A stretch of 64,000 nt of DNA, from assembly GCF_009914755.1 (NCBI RefSeq), contig NC_060926.1. One strand, 5' to 3'. Source of the DNA: the human T2T-CHM13v2.0 reference genome, Homo sapiens. The translations under genes were made by a program, and so were the position numbers. This document shows positions 12,189-25,634 of this stretch, piece after piece (position 1 is the first letter of the stretch; the number at the start of each line of letters is the position of its first letter). The notes under the pieces are model-generated. The model made no database searches, was not told the origin of the DNA, and was given only the letters and a program-made list of their open reading frames with translations.

Positions 12189-12643
12189 CTGTTGGAATGC
12201 AAACACAATGCTGCAATAACATTAGCATAATGTAAGGTCCCAGCTGACAGTATTCAAGGCAGCAACCTGAAATATGGGGAAATAACCACATCGGTTTTCT
12301 CTCCATTTCACTGCTTGATTGAAACACATAGCCAAGCATAACTCAGCTGACAGGTGAGAGGGACCCTCCAGCACAATGGGACACTGTCAGTAATACCTTC
12401 AGTATATTCAGTCTCAGTCAGAAGCTGAAAGGCTGAGTTGACACTCTTTCAAAAGGTCTAGAGCCTTACTCTCAAACCTGTATCAGTTTCAAGTAGCTAG
12501 TCATAGTATTCAGGTCTAAAAATATATTAAATTACCTGTTGACAGCTAGAAGTCAAGATGCCTGTTTTTTTGTGACCTTGGTTCTATTCCTTAAAATTTC
12601 TGAGTTTCAATTACCTGTTTTGTTAAAGATATATATATATGTA

Positions 12644-12736
12644 GTGAACCACATATTTAAGACAGGTCTCAATCAATTTAGAAAGTTTATTTTGCCAAGG
12701 TTAAAAATGCGCCTGTGACACAGCCTCAAGACGTCC
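12644..12736 (-). mobile_element. MER4-family LTR 3'-end fragment
   Basis: GTGAACC..AGACAGGTCTCAATCAATTTAGAAAGTTTATTTTGCCAAGG..GACACAGCCTCA, similar to 6987-7070. Confidence 0.8.
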
Positions 12737-12737
12737 C

Positions 12738-12864
12738 GAGGCTGAGGCTGAAGAATCACTTGTGCTCAACAGTTTGAGGCTGCAGTGAGCTATGATTGTG
12801 CCACTGCACACCAGCCTGGGTGAAGGAACAAGATACTGTTTTGAAAAAAAACAAAACAAAAAAC
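12738..12864 (+). mobile_element. AluJ/FRAM-like right-arm fragment
   Basis: GAGGCTGAGG..TTTGAGGCTGCAGTGAGCTATGATTGTGCCACTGCAC..CAGCCTGGG followed by an A-rich tail. Confidence 0.85.
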
Positions 12865-13203
12865 AGCATACTAGGGGCCAGAACATAGGCAAATTATTTG
12901 AAAAATTTAGCCTCAATTTCCTTATGTGGGAAAGAAAAATAATTGTAACTTCTGAGCTATTATATCACAGAGATAGTTTAAGTATTAGACAGTCCATATA
13001 AAACACTTAGCATAGTACCTAAATAAGCATCCCATTCATGTTTATTAGAGGAATTAATACATGAATGAGTTAATGATATAATTATTTCAATTGGAATTCA
13101 AATACTAGTTATCTGAATCAGTTTGATCAATTCTACTCAATACATTTATATTGTCACCTCTCAATCTCAGCTTTTATCTATAAAATGCACTACTTGATTA
13201 GAT

Positions 13204-13392
13204 CAATAATTCTCAAACACTCATGCATAAAAGAAGCATTCAGAGACTTCGTTAAAAATTAAGATTCCTTGGTCCCATAGCAAAGGAGTCTTAATTAGAA
13301 GGTCTATGGTGAGGCCTGTGAATCTATATTTTAAAAAGCATCACAGTTGATTTCGGTTCACTTGGACAAAACATATTTTTTTAAAAGTCTGG
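13204..13392. mobile_element. MER5A-like hAT MITE
   Basis: TTCTCAAAC..GATTCCTTGGTCCCA..GGTCTATGGTGAGGCCTGTGAATCTATATTTTAAAAAGCA; diverged. Confidence 0.6.
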
Positions 13393-13539
13393 GCTAAGAT
13401 CTTTCTGGACTCTAAAGTTTTCTTCATTTTCATTACCACAAACTATTTCAAAAAAATCCACCTGCTACAATTTGAGGTTATTGACTCATTAATAAAAGAA
13501 TCCCATGATCATATATATGTATGTACAGGCACATGCACA

Positions 13540-13543
13540 GATG

Positions 13544-13581
<38 letters not shown>
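13540..13581. repeat. (CA)n microsatellite
   Basis: Seen directly. Confidence 0.9.
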
Positions 13582-13583
<2 letters not shown>

Positions 13584-14609
13584 TGTACTCAGCTGAACAC
13601 TCACAGAAATTCCACTCTTACATCATCTGTACTGCTGATTAAAGTACTTGATTTTGAATGATGGGAGAAGTAACCATGATGCAGGGCTGCCATGTTGTAA
13701 ACTTCCTGGAGGTATCTTAATCACATTGATCAGCTAGGTCAGCCAGCTCAGATAAGAAATCTCCTATTCAAAATGCCTAAAAGATATTCTCAAAGTCAGA
13801 GTGAAACTGAGACTAAAACAAAAATTGCAGCATTCCTGACCTCATTATACTTCCTACTTCCGAATAACAATGCCTAAATACTAAATCTCTACATGAGCAA
13901 CCTGACACTTAAAGTCCTGTCACGTTCCCCCTTGCGTCTCCAGAACCAGCCCAGGTTTGTGGTTGGAGAGAAGGAATGTAACTACAGGAACATTTTCTGA
14001 TCTCTTTTAAATAGCCTCAAATTTCTTCTATACGAAGGCAGACACCTGGTAATCTCAAATTGAAGCCAAAGCATAAAGATAACTGGGAGAAAACACCAAT
14101 CACTTCACAAACAGAGCATGAAAAATTTCACCAACCTAACAGCAGATCTGCTTTACTCCTTGCACATTTTTCTATAGAGTCATTTTGTGAATAAATCTTC
14201 CCCCTTGGAGGAGCATATTCCATTAGCTGCCAAGGCTGAGGAATGAGAGGAATCGGTGCTCTGTGAAGAGCAGCTCAGTTCACACAGCCTCGGGGCTAGC
14301 ACCTTCTCAATCTTTCTTAATGGTGCCTTTTGGGAAAAGTGCCTTCCTTTTATATCGAAACAGAAGTACATTCTATTTCCCATATGGGTATGACCCTAGG
14401 AAGAGTAGGAAGAAATAGAAAAACTAGACACTCAAATGTATTTAAGTGAGTAGCATGAAAAAACAGGAGTATTAGGTTCTCTTGTCCAGTTTTATAGTTG
14501 AATTCAGAGTAATCTCCAGCCTCTACAGTTATTGGAGGCAAAATTTAATCTGACATCAATAATAGATGAATAAATAACACAAACTCAGACATGGGAGTAC
14601 AAGTGTACA

Positions 14610-15048
14610 TGTGTGGTGATCATGAGAATATGCCTCTCAAATCTCCAACTGCAGGAAGTGTAATTGACCAAGAGTCCCAGCTGTAACCCCTAAAACCCAC
14701 TGCTGTGTTTGTGCAGAGGACTCATTTCCTATGGCAGCTCTCAGTCAATGACAAAACATGGTAGAGATACTAAGGAAGTCTAGTGCTGGAGAAGCTAGCC
14801 TCTTCTAATGGATGACTTTGGCTTGCTAAATTTTCCTTAAAATGGCAAGTGTAGTCTAAGATGCTTCCATCCAAACTTTTTTCCTGCCTTCCCTTTCTCC
14901 TTCACTCTGGGTCAGGCTTGTATCATGGGCTGATGGCTCAGACTCTCCTGGCTCCCTCCCCGTTTTCTCCCACAGTTTTTTTAAATAATAAATTTTTGAA
15001 TATTTAAACCCCTTTTGGTGTGCTTATCAGAAAACTCAGACTAACACA
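14610..15048 (+). mobile_element. LTR16-family ERVL LTR
   Basis: TGTGTGGTG..CAGCTCTCAGTCAATGAC..AATAAA..TTGGTGTGCTTATCAGAAAACTCAGACTAACACA, the typical LTR16 layout and 3' end. Confidence 0.7.
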
Positions 15049-15126
15049 AAACACTTCTGTATATTTTTTAATTAAATATTTCAGTAAATTATTAATCAGA
15101 GTTGTAATATTTAAAAAGGTGGGATA

Positions 15127-15502
<376 letters not shown>

Positions 15503-16829
15503 TTACTCTGTGCAAATAGTACTTCAAGTTGTTCATATCGAGCCCAGTTTATCAGAAGAAGATTGTGAAATTTAGCAGTAAAGCTCATTAGTAATAAGGT
15601 TTACTTGTGCTTAATTTAATCTTTGTAGACGGCAGTCCCTCCAGTTACCCTAGGGCAAAGTGTCAAATAGATTTATTTTATTGAAGTCTTCATAAAAATG
15701 GTACTATTTGTCGAGAGTGAATAGTCTCATATCACTGAATATGAGACTAGTTGGTAAACATCTTTTGATCAGTGATGTTTGACAACAATGTTCTTGCATG
15801 GAGACCACAGTGATGTCAGAAAGCTGACTGAGCACTTTACTGTTTGGGGACCTGAGTCTTGGATGGATATCATCTCTCTAATTCAGTTTTTTGTATGTTT
15901 AAATAAAATACAAATATTGTTTGAAATGAAATATCAAACAGGACTTTAACAAAATAAGTTAAAACAAGATAATTATGATTAAAATTAGGACTAGCCTTCC
16001 TTAAAGCCCCTGATTCAGTCCCTGGTATGCTCCCTTACCAACTTAGGGCCCACTATAAGGAATTGAAACCAACACTCAAATGAGGTTTTACTATTCTGTA
16101 TTCAACACTAAATTAATGCCCCCAATCTTCATAAAAAGAAAATTCATACATCTAACATTATTAATCATGAAAGATAATTCACTGAAGGTGATTTATCATA
16201 AAAATTCCACACTGAACTTCTCACGAGTTCATATTTTTCTTCATGATGAAAAATATATATGGCTTGCAGAGGATTCCTATATACAGAAAATCATTTCGTA
16301 TAGCTTATGTGTCTGACACTACAGTGGTACTCAAATGTGAAAGCACTTTGAAAACAACTGATGCCTTATTTTAAAGCAACTATTCCCTCCCAAGATTTAC
16401 TAAATGAGAATGTTCAAAGGTTAAGACCAGAGATTCTGTCTCCAATCAAAGCAAAATGAGATCCCAGAAGTGATTTTGATATACAGGTAAATTTGGGAAC
16501 ATTATTTCCACAAGAAATAATGAATCTAAATTATTTGGATTAAGGGTTGACAATTAGTCAATTTCTAATTAAAATTTCCAGGAAGATCCAGGTCTTAATT
16601 AAAACTTTGCAGAATATTTTATGATACTAGGTGGGTTTCTAAATACAGTTTAACTTTACTTTTTCTCATCTATAAATTAGAGAATATAAAAACACCCGTT
16701 TCCTGTACAGTTTTTATGAGAACATTTTCTTTGAAATATGAAAGCTTAAGTGTTCCTAACATTGGTTTTAAATAAGCATTATTCACCAGTATACACATTG
16801 CATGTTGTATATGAACTATCTGTGTCCTT

Positions 16830-18440
<1,611 letters not shown>

Positions 18441-18475
18441 AATAGAAATCCCCTTACCTCACTTAGAACACTCTA

Positions 18476-18961
18476 AAAGTGCTCTAAAGGACTAAATTAG
18501 CAATTTAGCCCTTTAGTACCCCACTGATTAGCAATCCCCTTACCCCACTTAGAGAGTGCTCTACTAGTACTTTAGGTAGTACCATCTAAACAGTGATGCC
18601 ACTGTCAGACTAAAAATCACCATCATAGGTAGATACATTAATTTAAATCAGATAAACGTAATCATCTAATTTGAACATTATATTTCATCTACAATATCCA
18701 CTTATTCAACAGGTATTTATTGACCATGCTGTACAATTTTCTAGGTGCAGAAGATACATCACTTAACAAAGAAGATCACTACACTTGGTTACTTGGAGTT
18801 TATATTTGAATTGGTAAAATATATGGCAGAAACTGAAAGTGCTGAGAAGGACCAAATTAGTAATGAGTAATTTAGCCCTTTAGTGCCCTACTGATTAGCA
18901 ATCCTCTTACCCCACTTATAGAGTGCTCTTCTAGTACTTTAGATAGCAGCATCTAAACAGT
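18476..18961 (+). repeat. Local ~120-bp direct repeat (18476-18594 and 18836-18961) with internal hairpins
   Basis: Shared AATTTAGCCCTTTAGT.CCC.ACTGATTAGCAATCC..TTACCCCACTTA.AGAGTGCTCT.CTAGTACTTTAG.TAG.A.CATCTAAACAGT. Confidence 0.88.
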
Positions 18962-18996
18962 AGCATCTAAACCCCTTGGGATTGCTAATTACCCTA

Positions 18997-19284
18997 CTTT
19001 AGGAGGTAATTACATGAGGATGGTGAAGCCTTTATGGAAGGAATTAGGGTCCTTATAAAAGCACTTGAGGCAGTGGGTCCACTCTCTTTTGCTCTTCCAC
19101 CATGTGAGGACACAGCATTCAAAGCACCACCTTGGAAGCAGAGATAAGGCTCTCACCAGACACCAAACCTGCCTGCCCCTTGATTTTGGACATCCAGCCT
19201 TCAGAACTGTGAGAAGTACATTTCTATTATTTATGAATTACCCAGTCTGGTATTTTATTATAGCAGCATAAAGAGACTGTGATA
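18997..19284 (+). mobile_element. MaLR LTR (MSTD/MLT1A-like), 5' truncated
   Basis: CCATGTGAGGACACAGC..CTCACCAGACACC..CAGAACTGTGAGAA..TTACCCAGTCTGGTATTTTATTATAGCAGC. Confidence 0.8.
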
Positions 19285-20037
19285 GAAGGTATGAATTTTT
19301 GTTCTAAACGAGGACTGGGGGTGGTAGGAACTTGAAAACAACGCTAATATAACAAATCAATTAGATTGCTTCTAGCTATTTTATTTTTCTTTCATTAATT
19401 AGTAATTCCAATCCAGTTCTGGGTGTGAAGTTCTACAGGTAAAACATGTTCCTTTTAGATATTTTCCTCTGAAAAGAATTGGGGAAATATTGCAAAGGAA
19501 AAGGAAAAGGGAAAGGAGTGATTCTGACATTTATGAATTTGTGATATTATGTACTGAAATTATGACCTGATTGTATATTTCTCCCTAGTCTGCATATAGG
19601 GAGGTTATTCAGGTAAACTACTACTGTTGCTTACTGAATTATTCCAGTGTCACTTCTCCCTACAACACACGTGGCATCATAATAACATGATGGTGTCACT
19701 CTGCCATCTCGAATAAGTAATCAAAGAAATCAGGAAGTGAGTTATAATGAGACTGTTGCCAAAGTATGGAATTTCTTACGAGTAATATGTTTTTTGTTTG
19801 TTTGTTTAAATTTGATTTGGGGGGAAAATTATGTATTCTGCATTGATAAGTTAAACAAATTATGTTTTTTATCCCATTATAATAAATATTAACATTTATT
19901 ATCTTAAAGATTAATTGTTTTTTTATAAGATAAAATAACAATTGTAACTCAAATAATTTAGTTTTAAGTATCTAAGCTTTTTATTAACGTAGAAGAATCA
20001 GAGATAAATAGATAAGGAAAGGGGATTGTCCCCGGGA

Positions 20038-20287
20038 TTTTTTTTCTTTTGTGATCTTGGCTCACTGCAACCTCTGCCTCCTGGGTTCAAGTGATTCTCC
20101 TGCCTAAGCCTCCTGAGTAGCTGGGATTACAGGCTTCTGCCACCACACCTGGCACATTTTTGTATTTTTAGTAGAGACGGAGTTTCACCACGTTGGCCCA
20201 GCTGGTCTCCAACTCCTGATCTCATGATCTGCCTGCCTCGGCCTCCTAAAGTGCTGGGATTACAGGCGTGAGCCATCGCACCCAGCC
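20038..20287 (-). mobile_element. AluS (Sg-like) missing ~45 bp next to its tail, followed by (TA)n
   Basis: T-tract joins directly to GTGATCTTGGCTCACTGCAACC; ends ...GAGCCATCGCACCCAGCC. Confidence 0.92.
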
Positions 20288-20292
20288 AGGAA

Positions 20293-20323
<31 letters not shown>

Positions 20324-20969
20324 TTAGAAAAATAGAGAATACCTATCACACAGGATAGGATTATTATAAGAAGGCAAAGAGGTAACATTTGAAAAAAATT
20401 TTGTAAATGTATTATTACTATACTGTGAATGTTTGATAGAAAAAGAAAGAACAAATGAAAGAAACTATTACTAGAATAATAGTTGTTCCTTATCTACACC
20501 ATCCAGAAAGTTTCTGTAACACAGTGAAAACTTCAGTGTCATTTTAGTTATTAAATCATGGAGACAATTCGAAACCACACCAAACATACTCATTTAAATA
20601 TCTTACGATCTCTTGGTTTTAAAAGTTTGTAAGATAACTCAAATTAGCCAATTTTAAGTTTAAATTAAAATAATATATATAATTGTTTTAATCTAATATA
20701 ATTTCTACAATTTTAGGAAGTACAGTAAAATCCATGGAATTGGATGTGAAGTTTATTAGTATATTTTAAAGGAAAATCTGCAGGGCAGAAAAACACACAA
20801 AGACTAGTTAATCCTTTGTAAACTTCTATTGCCACTTCTGAAATATAAATTAAATTTTTAAAAAATTTTGTTTAGAAAGTGTCAAAAATTGTTAATAAAA
20901 AAAGTCACTAATAGGATTGGAACATGTTACTTATGTTAATAGTGCATACTTTAATGCTTAACATCAGGT

Positions 20970-21366
20970 TGCTATAATTTAAATGTGTTCCTCAAAGTTC
21001 ATGTGTGGAAAACTTAATCCCCAATGCAACAGCGTTGGGAGGAGAATCCCAATAAGGGGTGATTAGGTCATAAGGGCTTTGCCCTTAGGAATGCATTAAT
21101 GTTGTCATTGCTAGAGTGGGTTAATTATCTTGAGGGTAGGCTTGTTAAAAGGAAGTTAAAACCCCTCTTTATCTCTTGCTTTCCCAAATTCTCTCTAGCC
21201 CTTCCACCTTCTGCCATGGGATGGCACAGCAAGAAGGCCCTCATCAGATACAGGCCCTTCAGCCTTGGTTTTCCAGTCATTAGAACTGTAAGAAATAAAT
21301 GTCTTTTCTTTATAAATTACCTAATCTGTGGCATTCAGTTATAGCAACACAAAACGGACAAAGACA
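20970..21366 (+). mobile_element. MST-family MaLR solo LTR (MSTC-like)
   Basis: TGCTATAATTTAAATGTG..AAACTTAATCCCCAATGCAACAG..AAACGGACAAAGACA; perfect 5-bp TSD caggt. Confidence 0.88.
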
Positions 21367-22646
21367 CAGGTGTTACTTTTCTGCATTATTTTTGGATCTC
21401 ATCCTGACCTAAGATAGCAATAGCTGTATCATTAGTGAGTCAACTCTGTTCGCTAACAGCATGACAGTAAGAAATAAAACCACTCATCACAACAAAATGG
21501 GTAATCTCACTTGTGAAGAAGCTAACTCTCCCAAAATGGTTAGGAAAATAAAGCTTCTGTGCAACTAGATAACATCCAAATATAGACAAAATGAGAAAAA
21601 TGTGGTTGGTAGAAAATTCAAATTAAAGTGATTTTTCAAATATTCTAAGATGCAATGTACTTTTATTTCTGGAATATCATTTTTTGAAACACAGTAGTGC
21701 ATACTCTGCCAAGGGCGAGACAAGCAAATGCTCTTTATCTAGCTTATCTAAATAACCTATATATAACAGTTTATGATATAATGTAATATAAATAACCCAG
21801 TATATAACCTATGATAATTATAACCCAGAATAATTAAAAGTGTTGACTTTTCCAAACCAAGAAATTCATACAGGAGTTTTAAAATACTATATCATAATTA
21901 CACTTTGAACATGAAATATGCAGAGCTGTTATTCATTGTAAAATTTTGTATTAATTTATTTTTCTATGGTAGTTTGAGAAATTCATTGTAAATATAGGCT
22001 TCAAAATATACCAATTTTCAAGTTCTCTTCTAAAAAATACTTTCTTCTATGTAAATCTTCATTAAATGTATGCAGCTTTGTGATAAACACTGTAGGGGTA
22101 GAGAAGTATGTAACAGTTGCTTTTGTCACCAGGAACTTTCAGTCTAGTAAAAAAAAAAAAAAAAAAAAGCCAACTATGAAGGATGTGGGTTAGTAAATAA
22201 ATAAAAATAAGGTAAATAAAACTCAGCTCAAACAGGCACACTAAGCCCAATTCAAGGATCCAGGAGTCATAATACGTATTTGTCACAGTGGCTTTTCTAT
22301 AGGAGTTCACCTGCTATACGGGGAGATAGACTGATACACAGATCATTCTAGTGTAAAGCAGTAATTTACAAAACAGAGGTGAGCACAAAGTAATAAATCC
22401 TTCATTTACAGAGTGTTTTCTGAGAATTTATGAAGATATGCTTTCAAATTATACACTAACATTTGTGATCATTTTTTAATGAAAGCACATGAATTAGCCA
22501 TGGATGATGTTACGAGCTTTGGCCTTGGTGGGAGAAGATACAATTTCTGTTGATGTCAGTAATTTCACAAAGTTTTATGATATTGAGCCAGTTCCTGTAA
22601 CCACTTCATCATTTCCTTCCACATAAAAAGAAAGGTTTTGCTTGAT

Positions 22647-23130
22647 TGGGGTTCTAAATATGGGATCCACTGACACTCAGGAAGAAATCTGTGGGTAGAG
22701 TTCACAGGGTCTATAAATTGGAATGGAAAAACAAAATCATATTCACTAACTTCTAATAGACATTTACCATTTCCTTTCATTATGAATGTGCATGGCTAAT
22801 CATAGAAGTATTTGCAGCACCTCCAAATTTGACACCACGAGACGTCACAATCACAGGTATTTTTCATGTGACATTATAGAATTGCAGATACTTCAAAATG
22901 TTAATGAGATAACATTATTTTACCCCGTTATACAATATTTTAATATGTAATAATACATACTGAAATATCACAAATTAGGTTTTTAAAGAATATTTTGATA
23001 ATTATATTTCAGTGTCGTTGGATTATTTATAATTCCATGTATACATTTTATGCATGTAAGAACATTATTTTGAAAAATGAGTTCACCAGACTTCCAAAAG
23101 GGTCAAAAAAAAGGAAGTCAAAAATTCCTG
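22647..23130 (+). mobile_element. hAT-Charlie DNA transposon relic (MER113-like)
   Basis: GGGGTTCT..TTCACTAACTTCTAA..ATATTTTGATAA..TTCACCAGACTTCCAAAAGGGTC..CCTG matches recalled MER113. Confidence 0.65.
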
Positions 23131-24338
23131 CTGTATACAATCTTGAGGACTCAGTACAAATACGTAATATTTTCAGCACTAATTATTATCTAGGGCATTT
23201 ACACTTTTCTATTCTCACCATGCAATAATTTCTAAGAGTGTTAAGGCAAAACAGAGATTAGTAAAGACTGGAATATATGATGAGTTTTTACAGCTTTTAG
23301 CATATTCTAGCGGTGTAAAGCATCTGAACATGAAAATGGAAAACAACAGCAAGTAAAACCAACAAGCAATGCAGCCACATTTTGTAGAATTTCTGTGTGC
23401 ATTTTTTTCAAGAATGCCTCTTGTTAGTTTAGACACTCATGTGTCTAATCCATTTTGGTTTTCTGACTTCTTGGCCTGGCTTCATCAATGTTCCTGTGAC
23501 CAATCACCTAATTTCACCTTCTGGATCACCTCTTCCTGACACTAGATATCAAGCAGCCTGACAAAACAACTTTAGAAAATACTTAGGAAATCTTCTTAGT
23601 TAGAGAGTTTTATAGTGGATAAAGACTTAAGGGAAGGCTCTGAGAAATTATACTTGGAAAATTAGAGGATGCAGTTCAGGATTTCCCAGCTTAGAGGAAG
23701 AGACCTGGAGGAGAAGTGCGTGTCGTGCCAAATGAAGACGATGGCCTATCCAGAGTCGATTCTATTAATATGTGTGTGTGTCTGCATACATGTGTGCATG
23801 TTGTGGGACCGTGGAAAATAGTTCAGGGTAGGCATGTAAGCTTAGGTTACAATAAATCAGGAAAACCAGGAATTTAGCAATTATACATGAAGAAAGTGAT
23901 CAAAAATACTACTTTGAATAAATTACATAAGAAATAAGGGGGAAATGAACGTATGTACATGATTAGCATCATCATTACTACTTTAATTCTGTGTTTTATA
24001 TTGGCTATGCTTTTATGCTACCTGTAATTCTTTTAGAATCTAAAATTTATTTTTTTCTGGATATTCTAGGCCTACTTTTTAATTATTTTAATGGTTTTCA
24101 TTCTGATTTGCAGAAAGAATAGTGTTGTTCATGGTTTTGCTCCTGTTCCGCTGACTTGCTGACTTCTGCTCATTTTTTCAGGAGTCAACAGAATGGAAGG
24201 TGGGATGGGGGATCAGACTGGGTTAGACCCGTGATAAACCTTGGGAAAACATTCTTTGCTCTCTGAAATTATTGCAGTTTTCTCTAGTCTGTGGGGGCCC
24301 ACTTAGCTTTCCTTTGTTTATATTCTTTATTTACTCAC

Positions 24339-24418
24339 CTAAGCAGTGCATAAATAATTTGTTTGGAGCCTCATTAGGAGTTTAATGAACTTTAACCGAA
24401 GGAAATCTTGTGAGATTT
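24339..24418 (-). other. Candidate 80-nt non-coding exon
   Basis: Minus-strand acceptor cctgtttgtttacttttgtcag|A and donor TAG|gtgagt; stop codons in all three frames. Confidence 0.4.
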
Positions 24419-25634
24419 CTGACAAAAGTAAACAAACAGGTACAGCTCTACATGGCCCCACCAGCTTAAGTGATGGTATTTAATTTTATAAAATTTAACT
24501 AAGATGGAATAAAAATGATGTTATTTCTGAAAAGCAAAATTTGCAATATAATGATAAGTAGATGTGAAAAATACACTTATTCTAAAATTACTAAGCAATC
24601 TGATTAAAAGATGGGAAGATTCAATGAAAGTTTTCATCATATAATGTAATTTAAATGCTTTATAACAAATTTACATAATTTCAGTGCAGTGAAAAGCAAT
24701 TTCAGGCCTTCTTTCCACAATTTATAAATTTGTAAAATGGTTATAGTCAGGGGTTTCCTTAACTCAATAGCACTGCATTGATTTACAAAACACAAACAAA
24801 AAAGTCTCAATAGTTGTTCATATTTACAAAGGAAAACTTTGTGTAGTGATCTTTAAGTTGCCTTTTATGAATAGGAATATAAACATGCTTTAGAATCAAA
24901 GGGGTATCAACAGGAAATTTGCTGTTCTCTGATTTTTCTAGGCTTTTCGGCCTGCTACCCAAAGCTTCAAAAATAAACATAGTTTAGTGAAGCTTCTAAA
25001 CTCAGGGTGTATAGAGAAACGACAAGGAAAGAAAGGAAAGGAAATGGTTTGTGTCTGACATAATGATGAAGTGTATGGTTGCTGCTCACTGGTGAAGATA
25101 AACAAAATGTAGCTGAATAGAAGCATGTCTTCTGTATCTTGTCCATTTTTACATACCAGGATAAAACATCTGAACTGATTAATCAAAGGTTATTCCAGAA
25201 TGATCACAGAGACATATAAGTTCTGAAATAAATATTTATACATATGGAGGTATTACATAGTCTTGATTCTGGAAACATAGAAGTCTTGGAAGTAATTCTA
25301 GTCTTAACTAGCAGTTCTCTGTCTATGGATTGGTGTTTTTCTAGAATGATGTTTCAATGGTAAAATTTATAGTAATTTAAATCTGTTCTTTGGGAGAGTT
25401 GTGAAAGGTTTTTTATTTTACCATGTTGTTAGAGTGTTAGTTCTTTTCTTTCTTGTAAGATGAATACTATAGACATTGTTTACATGGCACTTCCTAGCCT
25501 GTGTAAGGCTATAAACTGCTTCAGATGCTTTAGAAAGTATTTTATTGCTTCCATTTAAATATATAAAGTTAACTAACTACAAATTATATATCCAATTATT
25601 TAACATTATTTTAGGATATCTACTTGATTACTAG

